A DNA stretch of 43,650 bases from Acidobacteriota bacterium (GTDB lineage Bacteria > Acidobacteriota > Thermoanaerobaculia > Multivoradales > JAGPDF01): assembly GCA_011525905.1 (NCBI GenBank), contig WYBK01000004.1, positions 1 to 43,650 of the forward strand, read 5' to 3'. The notes below the pieces were generated by a model. It did no database searches, had not been told where the DNA came from, and saw only the letters and a program-made list of their open reading frames with translations. This document shows, in pieces, positions 26,937 to 36,786 of this stretch. Both the position numbers and the translations under genes were made by a program. Position 1 is the stretch's first letter; the number at the start of each line of letters is the position of its first letter.

Positions 26937-27932
26937 TCAGAGCCGGACCGGGCTGGTGCCCAGCAGGATGGGCGGGCCGCTCGCCAGCGCGGTGCCGCCG
27001 GCGCGTTCGAGCGTCAACGCCACCCCGGTGGCGGTCGCCGGGAAGCCGCTCGACTCGAGGATTGCCCCGCCCCCCTGCGCCACCGGGACCACTCCGGCCG
27101 GGCGCGAGGCGCCCTCGAGCAGGAACCAGAGCTGGTAGTCGCGCCCGGGGGGCGCCGGCGCCAAGCCGCGCAGGTCGACCAGCCAGCGCTGGCGGTCGGG
27201 CGCCAGCCAGAGGGCGCCGCGCGCCAGCGGCTGCAGCGCTTGGCCCGGCGGACGGAGCGCGAAGACCGTCACTCCGGGCGCGGTGACGAACTCGTGGCGG
27301 CGCTCGAGCTCGGCGAGGCGCGTGGCGAGCGCCGCGGCCTCCGCCCGGCCGCGGTCGACCGCTTCGCCGCGCTCCCGCTCGAGCCGACGCAGCCGCGCGG
27401 CGGCGCTCTCGAGCTCGGAATAGAAGTAGGCGGCGGCGCCGCCCGCGCCGAGCGCGAGCAGCGCGAGGAGCGCCGCGAACAGGCCGAGGCCGCGGCGGCG
27501 GGACTGGCGGGCCGCCCTCTTCGGCGGCGCCGCGGCGCTCGCCGCTCGGCGGAGGGCCGCGGGGGGCGCCGCCTCGGGCTCGAGTGCCGGCGCGACGGTC
27601 CGCTGCGCCACGACGTCCTGCGCACCGCCCGAGTCCCGTTCGGGGACCGGCTCACTGGCCGCCTCGCGGATCGTCTCGCCGACCGGCTCGACCTCCTGCG
27701 TCTCGTCGCCGCCGAGCCGGGCGAGCAGCGCGGCGCGCGCGCCGGCGGGGGGCTCGAGCGGCTCGACCGCGGCGCCGACCAGGCCGAGCACTTCGAGGTA
27801 GAGCCGTTCGAGGACCTCGGCGACCTCGTCCTCGGGCGGCGCTACGGCGGTGTCGTCGGGCGAAGCGGCGCGGGCGAGCTCGTCGAGCACGTGCTCGACG
27901 GCCAGGGATTCGGAGTCGGTGACGCCGCTCAC
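26937..27932 (-). CDS. Anti-sigma factor, RskA-like
   Basis: '[16 protein letters not shown]', single TM, coiled coil, '[10 protein letters not shown]', 'ALTLERAGG...SGP'. Confidence 0.85.
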   Translation of the reverse strand: MSGVTDSESLAVEHVLDELARAASPDDTAVAPPEDEVAEVLERLYLEVLGLVGAAVEPLEPPAGARAALLARLGGDETQEVEPVGETIREAASEPVPERDSGGAQDVVAQRTVAPALEPEAAPPAALRRAASAAAPPKRAARQSRRRGLGLFAALLALLALGAGGAAAYFYSELESAAARLRRLERERGEAVDRGRAEAAALATRLAELERRHEFVTAPGVTVFALRPPGQALQPLARGALWLAPDRQRWLVDLRGLAPAPPGRDYQLWFLLEGASRPAGVVPVAQGGGAILESSGFPATATGVALTLERAGGTALASGPPILLGTSPVRL

Positions 27933-28507
27933 ATCCGCTCTCGCAGCTCGTCGCGCAGCGTGCGGCGCAACGCGCGCATCGCCTCGAGCGCGCGCCGGCG
28001 CACCCCGTCGGCGTTCGTCTCGGTGCGCCGCGCGATCTCCGAGCTGGCGAGCCCCTCCCAGAAGGCGAGCTCGAGCACCTCGCGCTGGTCGGCGGGCAGC
28101 GCGGCGAGCGCGGTGCGCACCCGCTGCCGGCGTCTCGCCCGTTCGGGCGGCTCGGAGCGCGGCGGCGCGGCGGCGGCGGCCGCTGCGCCGGCCACCGGCG
28201 CCGGGCCGGCCGCGCGCCGGCGGGCGAGCGCCCGGGCGCGCACGATCAGCACCAGCCAGGTCGCGACCGAGGTGCGCGCCGGAAGGTAGCGCTCGGCGTG
28301 CGCCCAGGCCTCGAGCAGCCCTTCGTGGAGCGCTTCCGCGGCCGCCGGGCCGGCGCCGAGGATCGACCGCGCCACGCCGAGCAGCGTCGGCGCGTAGCGA
28401 TCGTAGAGCTCGGCCATCGCCTCGGGGCGACGATCGGCCATCGCGCGCACGAGCGCGAGGTCGTCTGGGGAGGCGGAGCGAACGGGAGCGGCCGGGTCCG
28501 ACGGCAT
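27929..28507 (-). CDS. ECF sigma-70 factor, SigK-like (divergent)
   Basis: '[10 protein letters not shown]', 'TWLVLIVR', '[26 protein letters not shown]'; ATGA-coupled to the RskA-like gene. Confidence 0.8.
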   Translation of the reverse strand: MPSDPAAPVRSASPDDLALVRAMADRRPEAMAELYDRYAPTLLGVARSILGAGPAAAEALHEGLLEAWAHAERYLPARTSVATWLVLIVRARALARRRAAGPAPVAGAAAAAAAPPRSEPPERARRRQRVRTALAALPADQREVLELAFWEGLASSEIARRTETNADGVRRRALEAMRALRRTLRDELRERM

Positions 28508-28547
28508 GGCGGGCGAAGCGTCGCCGCGCAAGATATCATGCGCCGCC

Positions 28548-29087
28548 ATGTCCGACCGCTTCCAGATCGCCGTGGTCGGCGCCGCGACCTGCGACGAGCA
28601 GACCGCGGCGCTCGCGCACGAGACCGGCGTGGGCGTGGCGCGCGCCGGAGCGCTGCTGCTCACCGGCGGGCGCGGCGGCGTCATGGCCGCGGCCGCGCGC
28701 GGCGCGCGCGAGAGCGGCGGCTGGTCGGTCGGCGTGCTGCCGGGCGCCGACGAGAGCGCCTCGCCGCCCAACGAGTTCCTCGACGTCACTCTCTTCACCG
28801 GCCTCGGGCAGACGCGCAACCAGATCCTGGTGCTCTCCGCCGACGCCGTGATCGCCATCGGCGGCGGCTGGGGGACGCTCTCCGAGATCGCCTTCGCCCT
28901 GAAGTACCGCGTGCCCGCGGTGCTGCTCGACAGTTGGGAGCTGCGGCGACCGGACGGCCTGGCGGACCCGCTGCTCTTCCATGCCCGCACCGCCGCCGAC
29001 GCCGTGACCATCGCCCTCCAGGCGGCGGCCCACCGGCGCGCGGCGCGCGGCGGCGCCGCGCTCGCCTCGGCGGCGGAGGCGCGATGA
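28548..29087 (+). CDS. TIGR00725-family (LOG/SLOG-like) protein
   Basis: '[15 protein letters not shown]', 'GVLPG', 'TGLGQTRN', '[11 protein letters not shown]'. Confidence 0.88.
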   Translation: MSDRFQIAVVGAATCDEQTAALAHETGVGVARAGALLLTGGRGGVMAAAARGARESGGWSVGVLPGADESASPPNEFLDVTLFTGLGQTRNQILVLSADAVIAIGGGWGTLSEIAFALKYRVPAVLLDSWELRRPDGLADPLLFHARTAADAVTIALQAAAHRRAARGGAALASAAEAR

Positions 29088-29485
29088 GCGGCGCGGACGC
29101 ACCCGAGCCGCCGCGCGCCGAGCCGGCGATCCGCGTCATCATGATGCCGAAGGACACCAACGCCCTCGGCACGATCTTCGGCGGCGTGATCCTCTCCTAC
29201 ATCGACCAGGCGGGCGCCGTCGAGGCGCACCGGACGGTGCCGGGCCGGATCGTCACGGTCGCGATGCGCGAGGTGGTCTTCCACGCCCCGGTCTTCGTCG
29301 GCGACCTGGTCAGCTTCTACACCGACACCCGCAAGGTCGGGACGACGTCGATCACCGTCGGCGTCGAGGTCGAGGCCGAACGCGGCCACCCGGGCGGACC
29401 CCGCGCCCGGGTCACCGCCGCCGAGATGGTCTTCGTCCACGTCGGCCCCGACGGCCGCCCGCTGCCGATCCCGGGCCGGCGCTAA
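29084..29485 (+). CDS. Acyl-CoA thioesterase (hotdog fold, YciA-like)
   Basis: '[24 protein letters not shown]', 'VGTTSITV'. Confidence 0.92.
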   Translation: MSGADAPEPPRAEPAIRVIMMPKDTNALGTIFGGVILSYIDQAGAVEAHRTVPGRIVTVAMREVVFHAPVFVGDLVSFYTDTRKVGTTSITVGVEVEAERGHPGGPRARVTAAEMVFVHVGPDGRPLPIPGRR

Positions 29486-29604
29486 CTCGCTCCGAAGGGC
29501 CGTTCTCGCTTCCCCCCGGCAGGCACGGCTTGCCGGGGGGGGCTCGCCGGTGGCATCATTCAGACTTGCAGATCGTAAGCTGTGAAAATCGCACGGAGGG
29601 AGTC

Positions 29605-32559
29605 ATGTACGGACGAGCTCTCGCATCTCCGGCTTCCTGGGGCGTGCTGCGGCGGGCGCTGGGCGCTTTTCTCGCGCTCTCGCTGGTCTGCGGCACGGTG
29701 ACCGTCGCCGACGCCTGGGCGGCCACCTTCTACGTCAACGTCGCCACCGGCGACGACATCAACAACGACGCGGTGGAGGCGCAGAACCCGGCGACGCCCT
29801 GGCAGTCGATCACCCGGGCGCTGACCGAGGCGACGCTCGCCCCGGGCGACGTCATCGAGGTCGCCGCCGGCACCTACGACGACGGCGCCCCGGGCGTCGA
29901 GATCTTCCCGCTCGAGCTCGTCGACGGCGTCACTCTGCGCGGCGCCGACCCGGCGACCACGATCATCGAAGGCGACGGCACGAGCGACCTGATCGAGGCC
30001 GACGGCATCGACTTGGCCTCGACCACCGTGCTCGAGAACTTCACGCTCCGGTTCGACGCGGACTCGTCTTACGCGCTCCTCTACTTCAACGTCGAGGACA
30101 CCGTCCAGGCGCCGACGGTGCGCAACAACACCTTCTCCGGTCGCTACTCGGGCGGTGGCGGCACCTACGGGGTCTACCTCGAGGTCTCGACCAGCACCAC
30201 CGCGGTCTTCACCGGCCTGTTCGAGAACAACCGCTTCGACGATCTCTACTACGGCGCCTACCTCTACGACTACTACGGCTACGAGGGCTCGAACGTCTCG
30301 CCTACCTTCCGTGGCAACGACTTCACCGAGAACTACTACGGCATCTACGGCAGCGGCAACTACTACATGGGCGGGACGTTCGCGCCGCTGATCGAGGGCA
30401 ACGAGTTCTCGGGCGGCAGCTCGGCCGACGTCTACATGTACTTCTACCCCGGCTATTCCTTCGAGGCGACGGTCGCGCCGACGATCCGGCAGAACACCTT
30501 CTCGAACGGCTACTGGGCGGTCGCGCTCTACAGCTACCAGTACTCCGACTACGAGAACATCGCGCTGCAGCCGACGATCTCGGGCAACACCATGACCAAC
30601 ATGGACTACGGAGTCTATGGCTCCTTCTCCGTCTACTCCGTCTTCGACGGCGCGCATGCCGACCGGGACGTGACCATCGCCAACAACACCTTCACCAACA
30701 CGAGCTACCAGGCGGTCTACCTGACCGACTCGGTCTACTACATGTACTCGTCGGAGAACGGCTCGCTCGACAGCAACGTCTCGATCACCGGCAACACGAT
30801 CGACGGCGCCGGCTCCACCGCCATCTATTACACCTTCGAGCTGAGCGACTACGACGTCTTCGAGAACTACACCCTCGACCAGGCCGCCACGATCGCCAAC
30901 AACTCGCTGGCCAATCTCGACTACTACGGCATCTACGTCACGTACGACTTCTACTCCGCCCAGGACACCTGGGACTTCGCCGCCAACGCCACGATCACCG
31001 GCAACACCGTGGCCGGCAACGCATCCTACGAGGGGATCTATTTCTACTCCTCCTACGGCGGCTCGCTCAACACGCTGAACGTCCTGGTCGCCGGCAACAG
31101 CGTGACCGGCGTGACGTCCAGCGAGGGCATCGAGGTCTCCCTCTACTCGATGTCCGACGTCGCCAACCTCGACGTCCAGATCCGCGACAACTACGCGTCG
31201 AACAACGAGTACGGCATCTACTCGGTGGTCTACTTCGGCCATCCGACGAGCGCGCCGCTGCTCTCGTGCAACACCGCGACCGGCAACAACTACTCCGGCC
31301 TCTCGGTCTACTCCTACTCGATCGATACGCCGGCCGACTTGGGCGGCGGCGCCCAGGGCTCGCCCGGGCTCAACTCGGCCTTCGGCAACGACGACTACGA
31401 TCTGTACACGGACGTCGACGCGACCGATGCCGCGACCCTGTTCGCCGAGAGCAACTGGTGGGGGACCACCTCGGGCATCGACGCCCTGATCCGCGACGAC
31501 GAGGAAGACGGCGCCAACGCCGCGGTCGACTTCGACCCCTTCCTGTCGGCCGCGCCGGGCCTCGCGGGCGGCGTGCCGCTCGACGACTCGCTGTTGGTCG
31601 ACGCCGACGCGAGCGGCGGCCCCTCGATCGGCGACACCATCCTCTACACCGCGACGATCTCGACCACCGGCAGTTGCGGCTGCGCCGCCGGGACCTTCAC
31701 CGCGCCGATCCCGGCCAACGCCGACGTGGTGCCCGGCTCGGTGGCCACGACCGACGGCAATGTCACCGACGAGGACCCGGTGACCGTGGTGATCGGCCAT
31801 CTCGAGGCCAACGACACGGTCACGATCACCTGGGAGGTCGTGCCGACCTCGGGGACCGAGATGAGCACCCAAGGCACTTTCACTTGCGTGCAGTTGGGCG
31901 ACGTGGTGTCCGACGACCCGGCGACCGGCCCGGCGCAGGATCCGACGGTGACCCCGCTCGCCGGCGGCTTCGTGCCGCCCAGCCTGGTCGAGATCCCGAC
32001 GCTCGGCCAGTGGGGGCTCGCGCTCTTCATGGCGCTGCTCGGCCTGCTCGGCGTCGCGCTGCTGCGCCGCCGGCGGACCTCCGCGGCGCTGCTGCTGGCG
32101 CTCGGCCTCGGCCTGGCGGCGAGCGCCGCCTCGGCGGCGACGGCGGCAGCGCCCTCCCGCGAGGCCGGGGGCCCCGCCAAGGCCCAGCGCCCCGCGCCGG
32201 CCCGCGAGCTGGTCGTCACGATGGCGACGAGCGGCGAGACGACGACGCTGACCCTCGCCGACGGCCGCCAGGTCACCGCGCCCTCTCGCCGGATCGCGGT
32301 GCGCGAGCCGCGGCCCGAGCGCCAGCCGCGCGAAGCGCGCAGCGCGGCCGATCGGCCACGCCCGCAGGGTCCGCGCGGACCGCGGGCCGCCGCCACGGCG
32401 GCGGTCCCGAGCGGTGGCGCCGGGATCGCGACGATCCACCGGCGGCCGGACGGCAGCATCGACCGGATCGCGCTGCACCTGTTCGCCAGCCGGCAGGAGG
32501 CCGAACAGCGGCTCGCCGCCCAGGCCGCCCCGCGCACGGGACGCCACCCGAAGAACTGA
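29605..32559 (+). CDS. Large exported protein: DUF1565-like start, right-handed beta-helix, DUF11-like domain, internal IPTL-CTERM, extra C-terminal domain
   Basis: SD GGAGGG; signal peptide ending AWA; 'TFYVN..TGDD...PWQSITRAL...VAAGTY'; repeated 'I.GN.F..NYYGIY'; 'NWWG'; 'GDTILYT'; 'EIPTLGQWGLALFMALLGLLGVALLRRRR'. Confidence 0.88.
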   Translation: MYGRALASPASWGVLRRALGAFLALSLVCGTVTVADAWAATFYVNVATGDDINNDAVEAQNPATPWQSITRALTEATLAPGDVIEVAAGTYDDGAPGVEIFPLELVDGVTLRGADPATTIIEGDGTSDLIEADGIDLASTTVLENFTLRFDADSSYALLYFNVEDTVQAPTVRNNTFSGRYSGGGGTYGVYLEVSTSTTAVFTGLFENNRFDDLYYGAYLYDYYGYEGSNVSPTFRGNDFTENYYGIYGSGNYYMGGTFAPLIEGNEFSGGSSADVYMYFYPGYSFEATVAPTIRQNTFSNGYWAVALYSYQYSDYENIALQPTISGNTMTNMDYGVYGSFSVYSVFDGAHADRDVTIANNTFTNTSYQAVYLTDSVYYMYSSENGSLDSNVSITGNTIDGAGSTAIYYTFELSDYDVFENYTLDQAATIANNSLANLDYYGIYVTYDFYSAQDTWDFAANATITGNTVAGNASYEGIYFYSSYGGSLNTLNVLVAGNSVTGVTSSEGIEVSLYSMSDVANLDVQIRDNYASNNEYGIYSVVYFGHPTSAPLLSCNTATGNNYSGLSVYSYSIDTPADLGGGAQGSPGLNSAFGNDDYDLYTDVDATDAATLFAESNWWGTTSGIDALIRDDEEDGANAAVDFDPFLSAAPGLAGGVPLDDSLLVDADASGGPSIGDTILYTATISTTGSCGCAAGTFTAPIPANADVVPGSVATTDGNVTDEDPVTVVIGHLEANDTVTITWEVVPTSGTEMSTQGTFTCVQLGDVVSDDPATGPAQDPTVTPLAGGFVPPSLVEIPTLGQWGLALFMALLGLLGVALLRRRRTSAALLLALGLGLAASAASAATAAAPSREAGGPAKAQRPAPARELVVTMATSGETTTLTLADGRQVTAPSRRIAVREPRPERQPREARSAADRPRPQGPRGPRAAATAAVPSGGAGIATIHRRPDGSIDRIALHLFASRQEAEQRLAAQAAPRTGRHPKN

Positions 32560-32586
32560 GCGCCGCGAGGCTCTCGAGACGCAACC

Positions 32587-32618
32587 GCGCCCCGGCGAGA
32601 GCCGGGGCGCTTCTCTTT
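32587..32618 (+). terminator. Intrinsic terminator
   Basis: 10-bp stem GCGCCCCGGC/GCCGGGGCGC, GAGA tetraloop, then TTCTCTTT. Confidence 0.8.
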
Positions 32619-32645
32619 GCCACTCTGATACCTTCTTCCCTCCGC

Positions 32646-35021
32646 ATGCGCCGACTGCTCTTCCCGCTCCTGCTCGCCGCCGCGCTCGCCGGCTGCTCGC
32701 GCTCCCATCCGAACGTCGTCGTCGTCACCTTCGACACCGTGCGCTGGGACCACGTCGGCTGGTCGACCGGCCGCACCGACGTCACCCCGACGCTCGACGC
32801 GATGGCCGCGCGCGGCGTCTGGTTCTCGACCGCGATCGCGCCGCAGCCGCTCACTCTCCCCTCCCACACCTCGATCTTCACCGGCCGCTACCCGACGCGG
32901 CACGGCGTGCGCAACAACGGCACCTATCGCGTCCCGGACGAGGAGGAGACGTTGGCCGAGCTCTTCCAGGCCGAGGGCTACGCGACCCACGCGATCGTCT
33001 CCGCCTTCGTCCTCGACAGTCAGTTCGGGCTCGACCAGGGCTTCGACGGCTACGACGACGACCTGGCCGGCGGCCCGAAACAGAAGATGTTCATGTTCAA
33101 GGAGATCCGCGCCGCCCAGACCGCCGACAAGGCGGTGCGCTGGCTGCGCGAGGGGAGGCCGCGTGACCGCCCCTTCTTCCTCTGGCTCCATTTCTTCGAC
33201 CCGCACGCCGACTACGAACCCCCCGACGACGTCGCGCTCGAGTTCCCCGGCGACCCCTACCGAGGGGAGATCCACTACGCCGACCGCGAGCTCGGCCGCG
33301 TGCTCGAGGAGCTCGACGATCAGCGACTGCTCGACGAGACGCTCTTCGCCTTCACCTCCGACCATGGCGACAGCCTGGGTGAGCACGGCGAGCGGACGCA
33401 CGGCCTCTTCGTCTACGACGCGACCACGCGCGTGCCGCTGCTGATCGCGGGGCCGGGCGTGCCCGCCGGCCAGCGCGTCGACGGCGTCGTGCGCTCGCTC
33501 GACCTCTTCCCGACGATCGCCGAGCTCGCCGGCCTCGAGCCGAGCGGACCGCTCGACGGCGCCTCGCTGCGGCCGCTCTGGCGCGGCAAGGGCGATGAGC
33601 GCACCGCTTATCTCGAGACCTTCACGCCGCGCGAGAACTTCGGCTGGTCGGAGCTGCGCGGGCTGCGCAGCGCGACGGTCAAGGTGATCCAGGCGCCGCA
33701 GCCCGAGGTCTACGACCTCGCCGCCGACCCGCGCGAGACGCGCAACCTCCACGGCGCATCCGAGCCGGAAGGGGCGCGCCCCCTGTTCGCCGGCTTGGCG
33801 CGCCGGCTCGAGGAGGACCGTTACGGCGAGGAGAGCGCCGCGGCCCACGAGGCGGATTCCGAGACCCGCCAGAAGCTCGCCGCGCTCGGCTACGTCTGGG
33901 GCGCGAAGGTCACGGGCGACGCGCCGCTGGCCGATCCGAAAGAGAAGATCCGCTCCTGGGAGCGCTTCCAGGTAGCCCAGCAGCTGATCCGGGACAAGCA
34001 CTTCGAGCCGGCGATCGCGGCGATCCGGGCGATTCTGGCCGAGGACGCGGGCAATGTCGTCGCCATGGGCTCGCTCGCCGGCGCGCTCGCCCGCACCGGC
34101 GACGAGGAGGGGGCGCTCGCCACCTACCGCAAGATGATCGAGCTCGACGCGCAGCAGGACGTCGCCTACCTGGGCGCGGCGCGGCTGCTCGCCAAGCGCG
34201 GGGAGTTCGACGAGGCGACCGCGCTGGTCGAGGCGATGATGGCCAAGCAGCCGGACAACCCCGACGGCCCGGTGGCGATGGGCGACCTGCTGCTCGAGCG
34301 GGAGGCGTTCGACGAGGCCGAGCGCTGGTTCCGCAAGGCGCTCGAGCTCGACCCCCACTCGATGGTCGCCGCCTCCGGGCTCGGCAACTGCCTCAACCGG
34401 GCCGACCAGCTCCCCGAGGCACGCGACGTCCTGGTCGCGGCGCGCCGGCACGACCCGAGCCACCACGCGACCACCTACAACCTGGCGGTCGTCACCGAGC
34501 GGCTCGGCGACCGGCGGGCCGCTCTCGCGCTCTACCGCGAGGCGGTGGCGCTCGACCCCGACCACTCGATGAGCTGGAACAACCTCGGCTCCCTGCTCGA
34601 TCGCAACGGCGAGCGCGAGGAGGCGATCGCCGCCGTGCGCAAGGCGCACGAGCTCGACCCGGAGAACGTCGAGGCGACCTACAACCTGGGCGCGCTGCTG
34701 TCCAACGCCGGCCGGCCGGCCGAGGCGATCCCCTTCCTGCTCGAGGCCGTCCAGCGCCGCCCCGACCTCGCCGCCGCCCCGCCGCTGCTGGCGCGCGCGC
34801 TCGCCGCCACCGGGCGCGTCGACGAGGCGCTCGCCCTCTGGCGGCAGATCGCGGCGCAGGCGCCCCCCGCGCTCTTCCAGGTCGCCAAGCTCGAGCTCGG
34901 GCGGGGGCGCCGCGCGGCGGCGCGGGCGGCCCTGCGCCAGTTGATCGCCGTCGACGGCGACCGGGCGCGCCAGGCGATCGCGCGCGATCCGGAGCTGTCC
35001 AAGCTGCTCGCCGGCGGCTGA
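32646..35021 (+). CDS. Lipoprotein: sulfatase-like hydrolase/transferase fused to TPR repeats
   Basis: Lipobox LAGC; 'NVVVVTFDTVRWDH', 'TLPSHTSIFTG', 'HFFDPH', 'SDHG', 'LAALGY'; C-terminal TPRs (WNNLG, YNLG). Confidence 0.9.
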   Translation: MRRLLFPLLLAAALAGCSRSHPNVVVVTFDTVRWDHVGWSTGRTDVTPTLDAMAARGVWFSTAIAPQPLTLPSHTSIFTGRYPTRHGVRNNGTYRVPDEEETLAELFQAEGYATHAIVSAFVLDSQFGLDQGFDGYDDDLAGGPKQKMFMFKEIRAAQTADKAVRWLREGRPRDRPFFLWLHFFDPHADYEPPDDVALEFPGDPYRGEIHYADRELGRVLEELDDQRLLDETLFAFTSDHGDSLGEHGERTHGLFVYDATTRVPLLIAGPGVPAGQRVDGVVRSLDLFPTIAELAGLEPSGPLDGASLRPLWRGKGDERTAYLETFTPRENFGWSELRGLRSATVKVIQAPQPEVYDLAADPRETRNLHGASEPEGARPLFAGLARRLEEDRYGEESAAAHEADSETRQKLAALGYVWGAKVTGDAPLADPKEKIRSWERFQVAQQLIRDKHFEPAIAAIRAILAEDAGNVVAMGSLAGALARTGDEEGALATYRKMIELDAQQDVAYLGAARLLAKRGEFDEATALVEAMMAKQPDNPDGPVAMGDLLLEREAFDEAERWFRKALELDPHSMVAASGLGNCLNRADQLPEARDVLVAARRHDPSHHATTYNLAVVTERLGDRRAALALYREAVALDPDHSMSWNNLGSLLDRNGEREEAIAAVRKAHELDPENVEATYNLGALLSNAGRPAEAIPFLLEAVQRRPDLAAAPPLLARALAATGRVDEALALWRQIAAQAPPALFQVAKLELGRGRRAAARAALRQLIAVDGDRARQAIARDPELSKLLAGG

Positions 35022-35033
35022 GCCGGCGCCCGG

Positions 35034-35597
35034 TCAGCCGCGGTAGGGCTCGTAGCAGCGGCGGCAGCGGGCCTCGTAAGCCTCGGCGTCGCCGACCTGG
35101 ACCTGGTCGGAGCCGCCGCGGATGCGCTGGCTGTAGTGCGCCGGGCCGCCGCAGCGGACGCAGACCGCGTGCATCTTGTCGACGTACTCGGCGACCGCCA
35201 GCAGCTCCGGCATCGGGCCGAAGGGGCGGCGGGCGAAGTCCTGGTCGAGGCCGGCGACGATCACCCGGATGCCGGCGTCGGCGAGCTCCATGGCGAGCTC
35301 GACCAGGCCGGCGTCGAAGAACTGCGCCTCGTCGACGCCGACGACCTGGACGCCCAGCTGCAGCCGCGCGCGCAGCTCGCCCGAGCTCGCGACGCTCTCC
35401 GCCTCGAGCTCGCGCAGGTCGCGGGTCACCAGGCGATCCGGCTCGTGCCGGTCGTCGGTTGCCGGCTTGAAGACCTGTACCTTCTGGCGGGCGATCGCGG
35501 CCCGCCGCAGGCGGCGCACCAGCTCCTCGCTCTTGCCCGAGAACATGCCGCCGGTGATCGCCTCGATCCGGCCCCCGCTCCCCTCCATCCGCGTCAT
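35034..35597 (-). CDS. tdk: Thymidine kinase
   Basis: 'GGMFSGKSEEL', 'VDEAQFF', 'AGLDQDF..RPFGP', CVRC...CRRC Zn site. Confidence 0.96.
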   Translation of the reverse strand: MTRMEGSGGRIEAITGGMFSGKSEELVRRLRRAAIARQKVQVFKPATDDRHEPDRLVTRDLRELEAESVASSGELRARLQLGVQVVGVDEAQFFDAGLVELAMELADAGIRVIVAGLDQDFARRPFGPMPELLAVAEYVDKMHAVCVRCGGPAHYSQRIRGGSDQVQVGDAEAYEARCRRCYEPYRG

Positions 35598-35719
35598 GCC
35601 TGGTCCGTTCCTCCCCCCCGATCGCGCGCGGCCGGGGCGCGCCACGATATCGAGCCCGCCGGCACGCCGGCAATCGCGCGCCTCGTGGCTCTCGGAAGCC
35701 GGATGCTAACCTGCGCGCC

Positions 35720-36073
35720 ATGAGCGAGCCCGGCCGCGCGCCGCGCATCTGGAGCTACGACGAGGCGCTCGCCGCCTTCCCGGTCGTGCGCGACCGCACC
35801 GAGGCGGCGGTGCGGCAGGTCGAGGCGCTGGTCAACGCGCTGCAGAGCCGCGCCGAGATGGACGAGCGCAAGAGCGAGCTCGAGAGCGCCTACCGGACGA
35901 TCGTCGAGCGCTGGAGCGAGGAGATCGAGTCGCTCGGCTGCCAGGTCAAGGGGCTCTGGCTGGTCGACTTCGACAGCGGCGACGGCTACTGGTGCTGGCG
36001 CTATCCCGAGCCGACGCTCGCGCACCACCATGGCTACGACGAGGGCTTCGCCGGCCGCGTGCCGGTCGCCTGA
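35720..36073 (+). CDS. DUF2203 family protein
   Basis: 'WSYDEALAAFP', 'VKGLWLVDF', 'WCWRYPEP...HH...EGFAGR.P'. Confidence 0.85.
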   Translation: MSEPGRAPRIWSYDEALAAFPVVRDRTEAAVRQVEALVNALQSRAEMDERKSELESAYRTIVERWSEEIESLGCQVKGLWLVDFDSGDGYWCWRYPEPTLAHHHGYDEGFAGRVPVA

Positions 36074-36093
36074 GAGTCCGCGAGCTCCGAGCG

Positions 36094-36786
36094 TCAGCCG
36101 TAGAGCGCGGCGATCTTCCCCGCGTCGAGCTCGGCGAGGCTCGCGACGACGTTCTCCGCCACCGCCAGGCGCGCGGCGGGATAGGTGTGGGCGACGCCCA
36201 GGGTGCGCAGGCCCGCGACCAGAGCGGCGGCGAGCCCGGCGTCGCTGTCCTCGATCGCCAGCACCTCGTGCGGGTGGATCAGCCGCTCGGGCAGCGGCGG
36301 CTCCCGGTTGAGCGCTTCGAGCGCCCTGACGTACCCCTCCGGATCGGGCTTGCCGCGCGCCACGTCCTCGGCGGTCACCAGCGCCTTGAACAGTGGCGCC
36401 ACGCCCCCCTGCTCGAGCGCCCCTTCGACCTCCTCGCGCAGCGCGCCGCTGACCAGGCCGAGCGTCCAGCCGGCGGCCGCGGCGCCGCGCACCAGCTCGA
36501 GCGCCCCGGGGAAGAAGGGGTAGCCGGCGCGTCGGATCTCCTCCCGGTAGGCCGCCGCCTTGCGCGCGACCAGGCGCGCGACCTCCCGGTCGCCGGCGCT
36601 CCGCCCGGCGGCGGCGAGCGCCGTGGCGAAGCAGTCCCGGTCGTCGAAACCCAGGTAGTCGCCGTAGTAGCGCGCCTCTTCCAGCTCGATGCCGAGCTCG
36701 GCCAGCACCTGGCGGAAGAGCCGGAAGTGGAGCGGCTCGTCGTCGACCAGCACGCCGTTGAAGTCGAAGAGCAGCGCGCGCAGCAC
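36094..36786 (-). CDS. HAD-family phosphatase
   Basis: 'FDFNGVLVDDE', 'GKPDPEGY', 'IEDS..G'. Confidence 0.92.
   Translation of the reverse strand: MLRALLFDFNGVLVDDEPLHFRLFRQVLAELGIELEEARYYGDYLGFDDRDCFATALAAAGRSAGDREVARLVARKAAAYREEIRRAGYPFFPGALELVRGAAAAGWTLGLVSGALREEVEGALEQGGVAPLFKALVTAEDVARGKPDPEGYVRALEALNREPPLPERLIHPHEVLAIEDSDAGLAAALVAGLRTLGVAHTYPAARLAVAENVVASLAELDAGKIAALYG

Noticed and set aside
29520-29572. Possible sigma54 promoter (GGCAC...TTGC or TGGCA...TTGCA) upstream of the beta-helix gene
   Set aside because: GG-to-GC spacing is 8 or 14 nt, not the required 10.
31266-32645. N-terminal extension making the sulfatase 1251 aa
   Set aside because: Off-frame overlap with the beta-helix gene and crosses a terminator; the lipoprotein signal starts at 32646.
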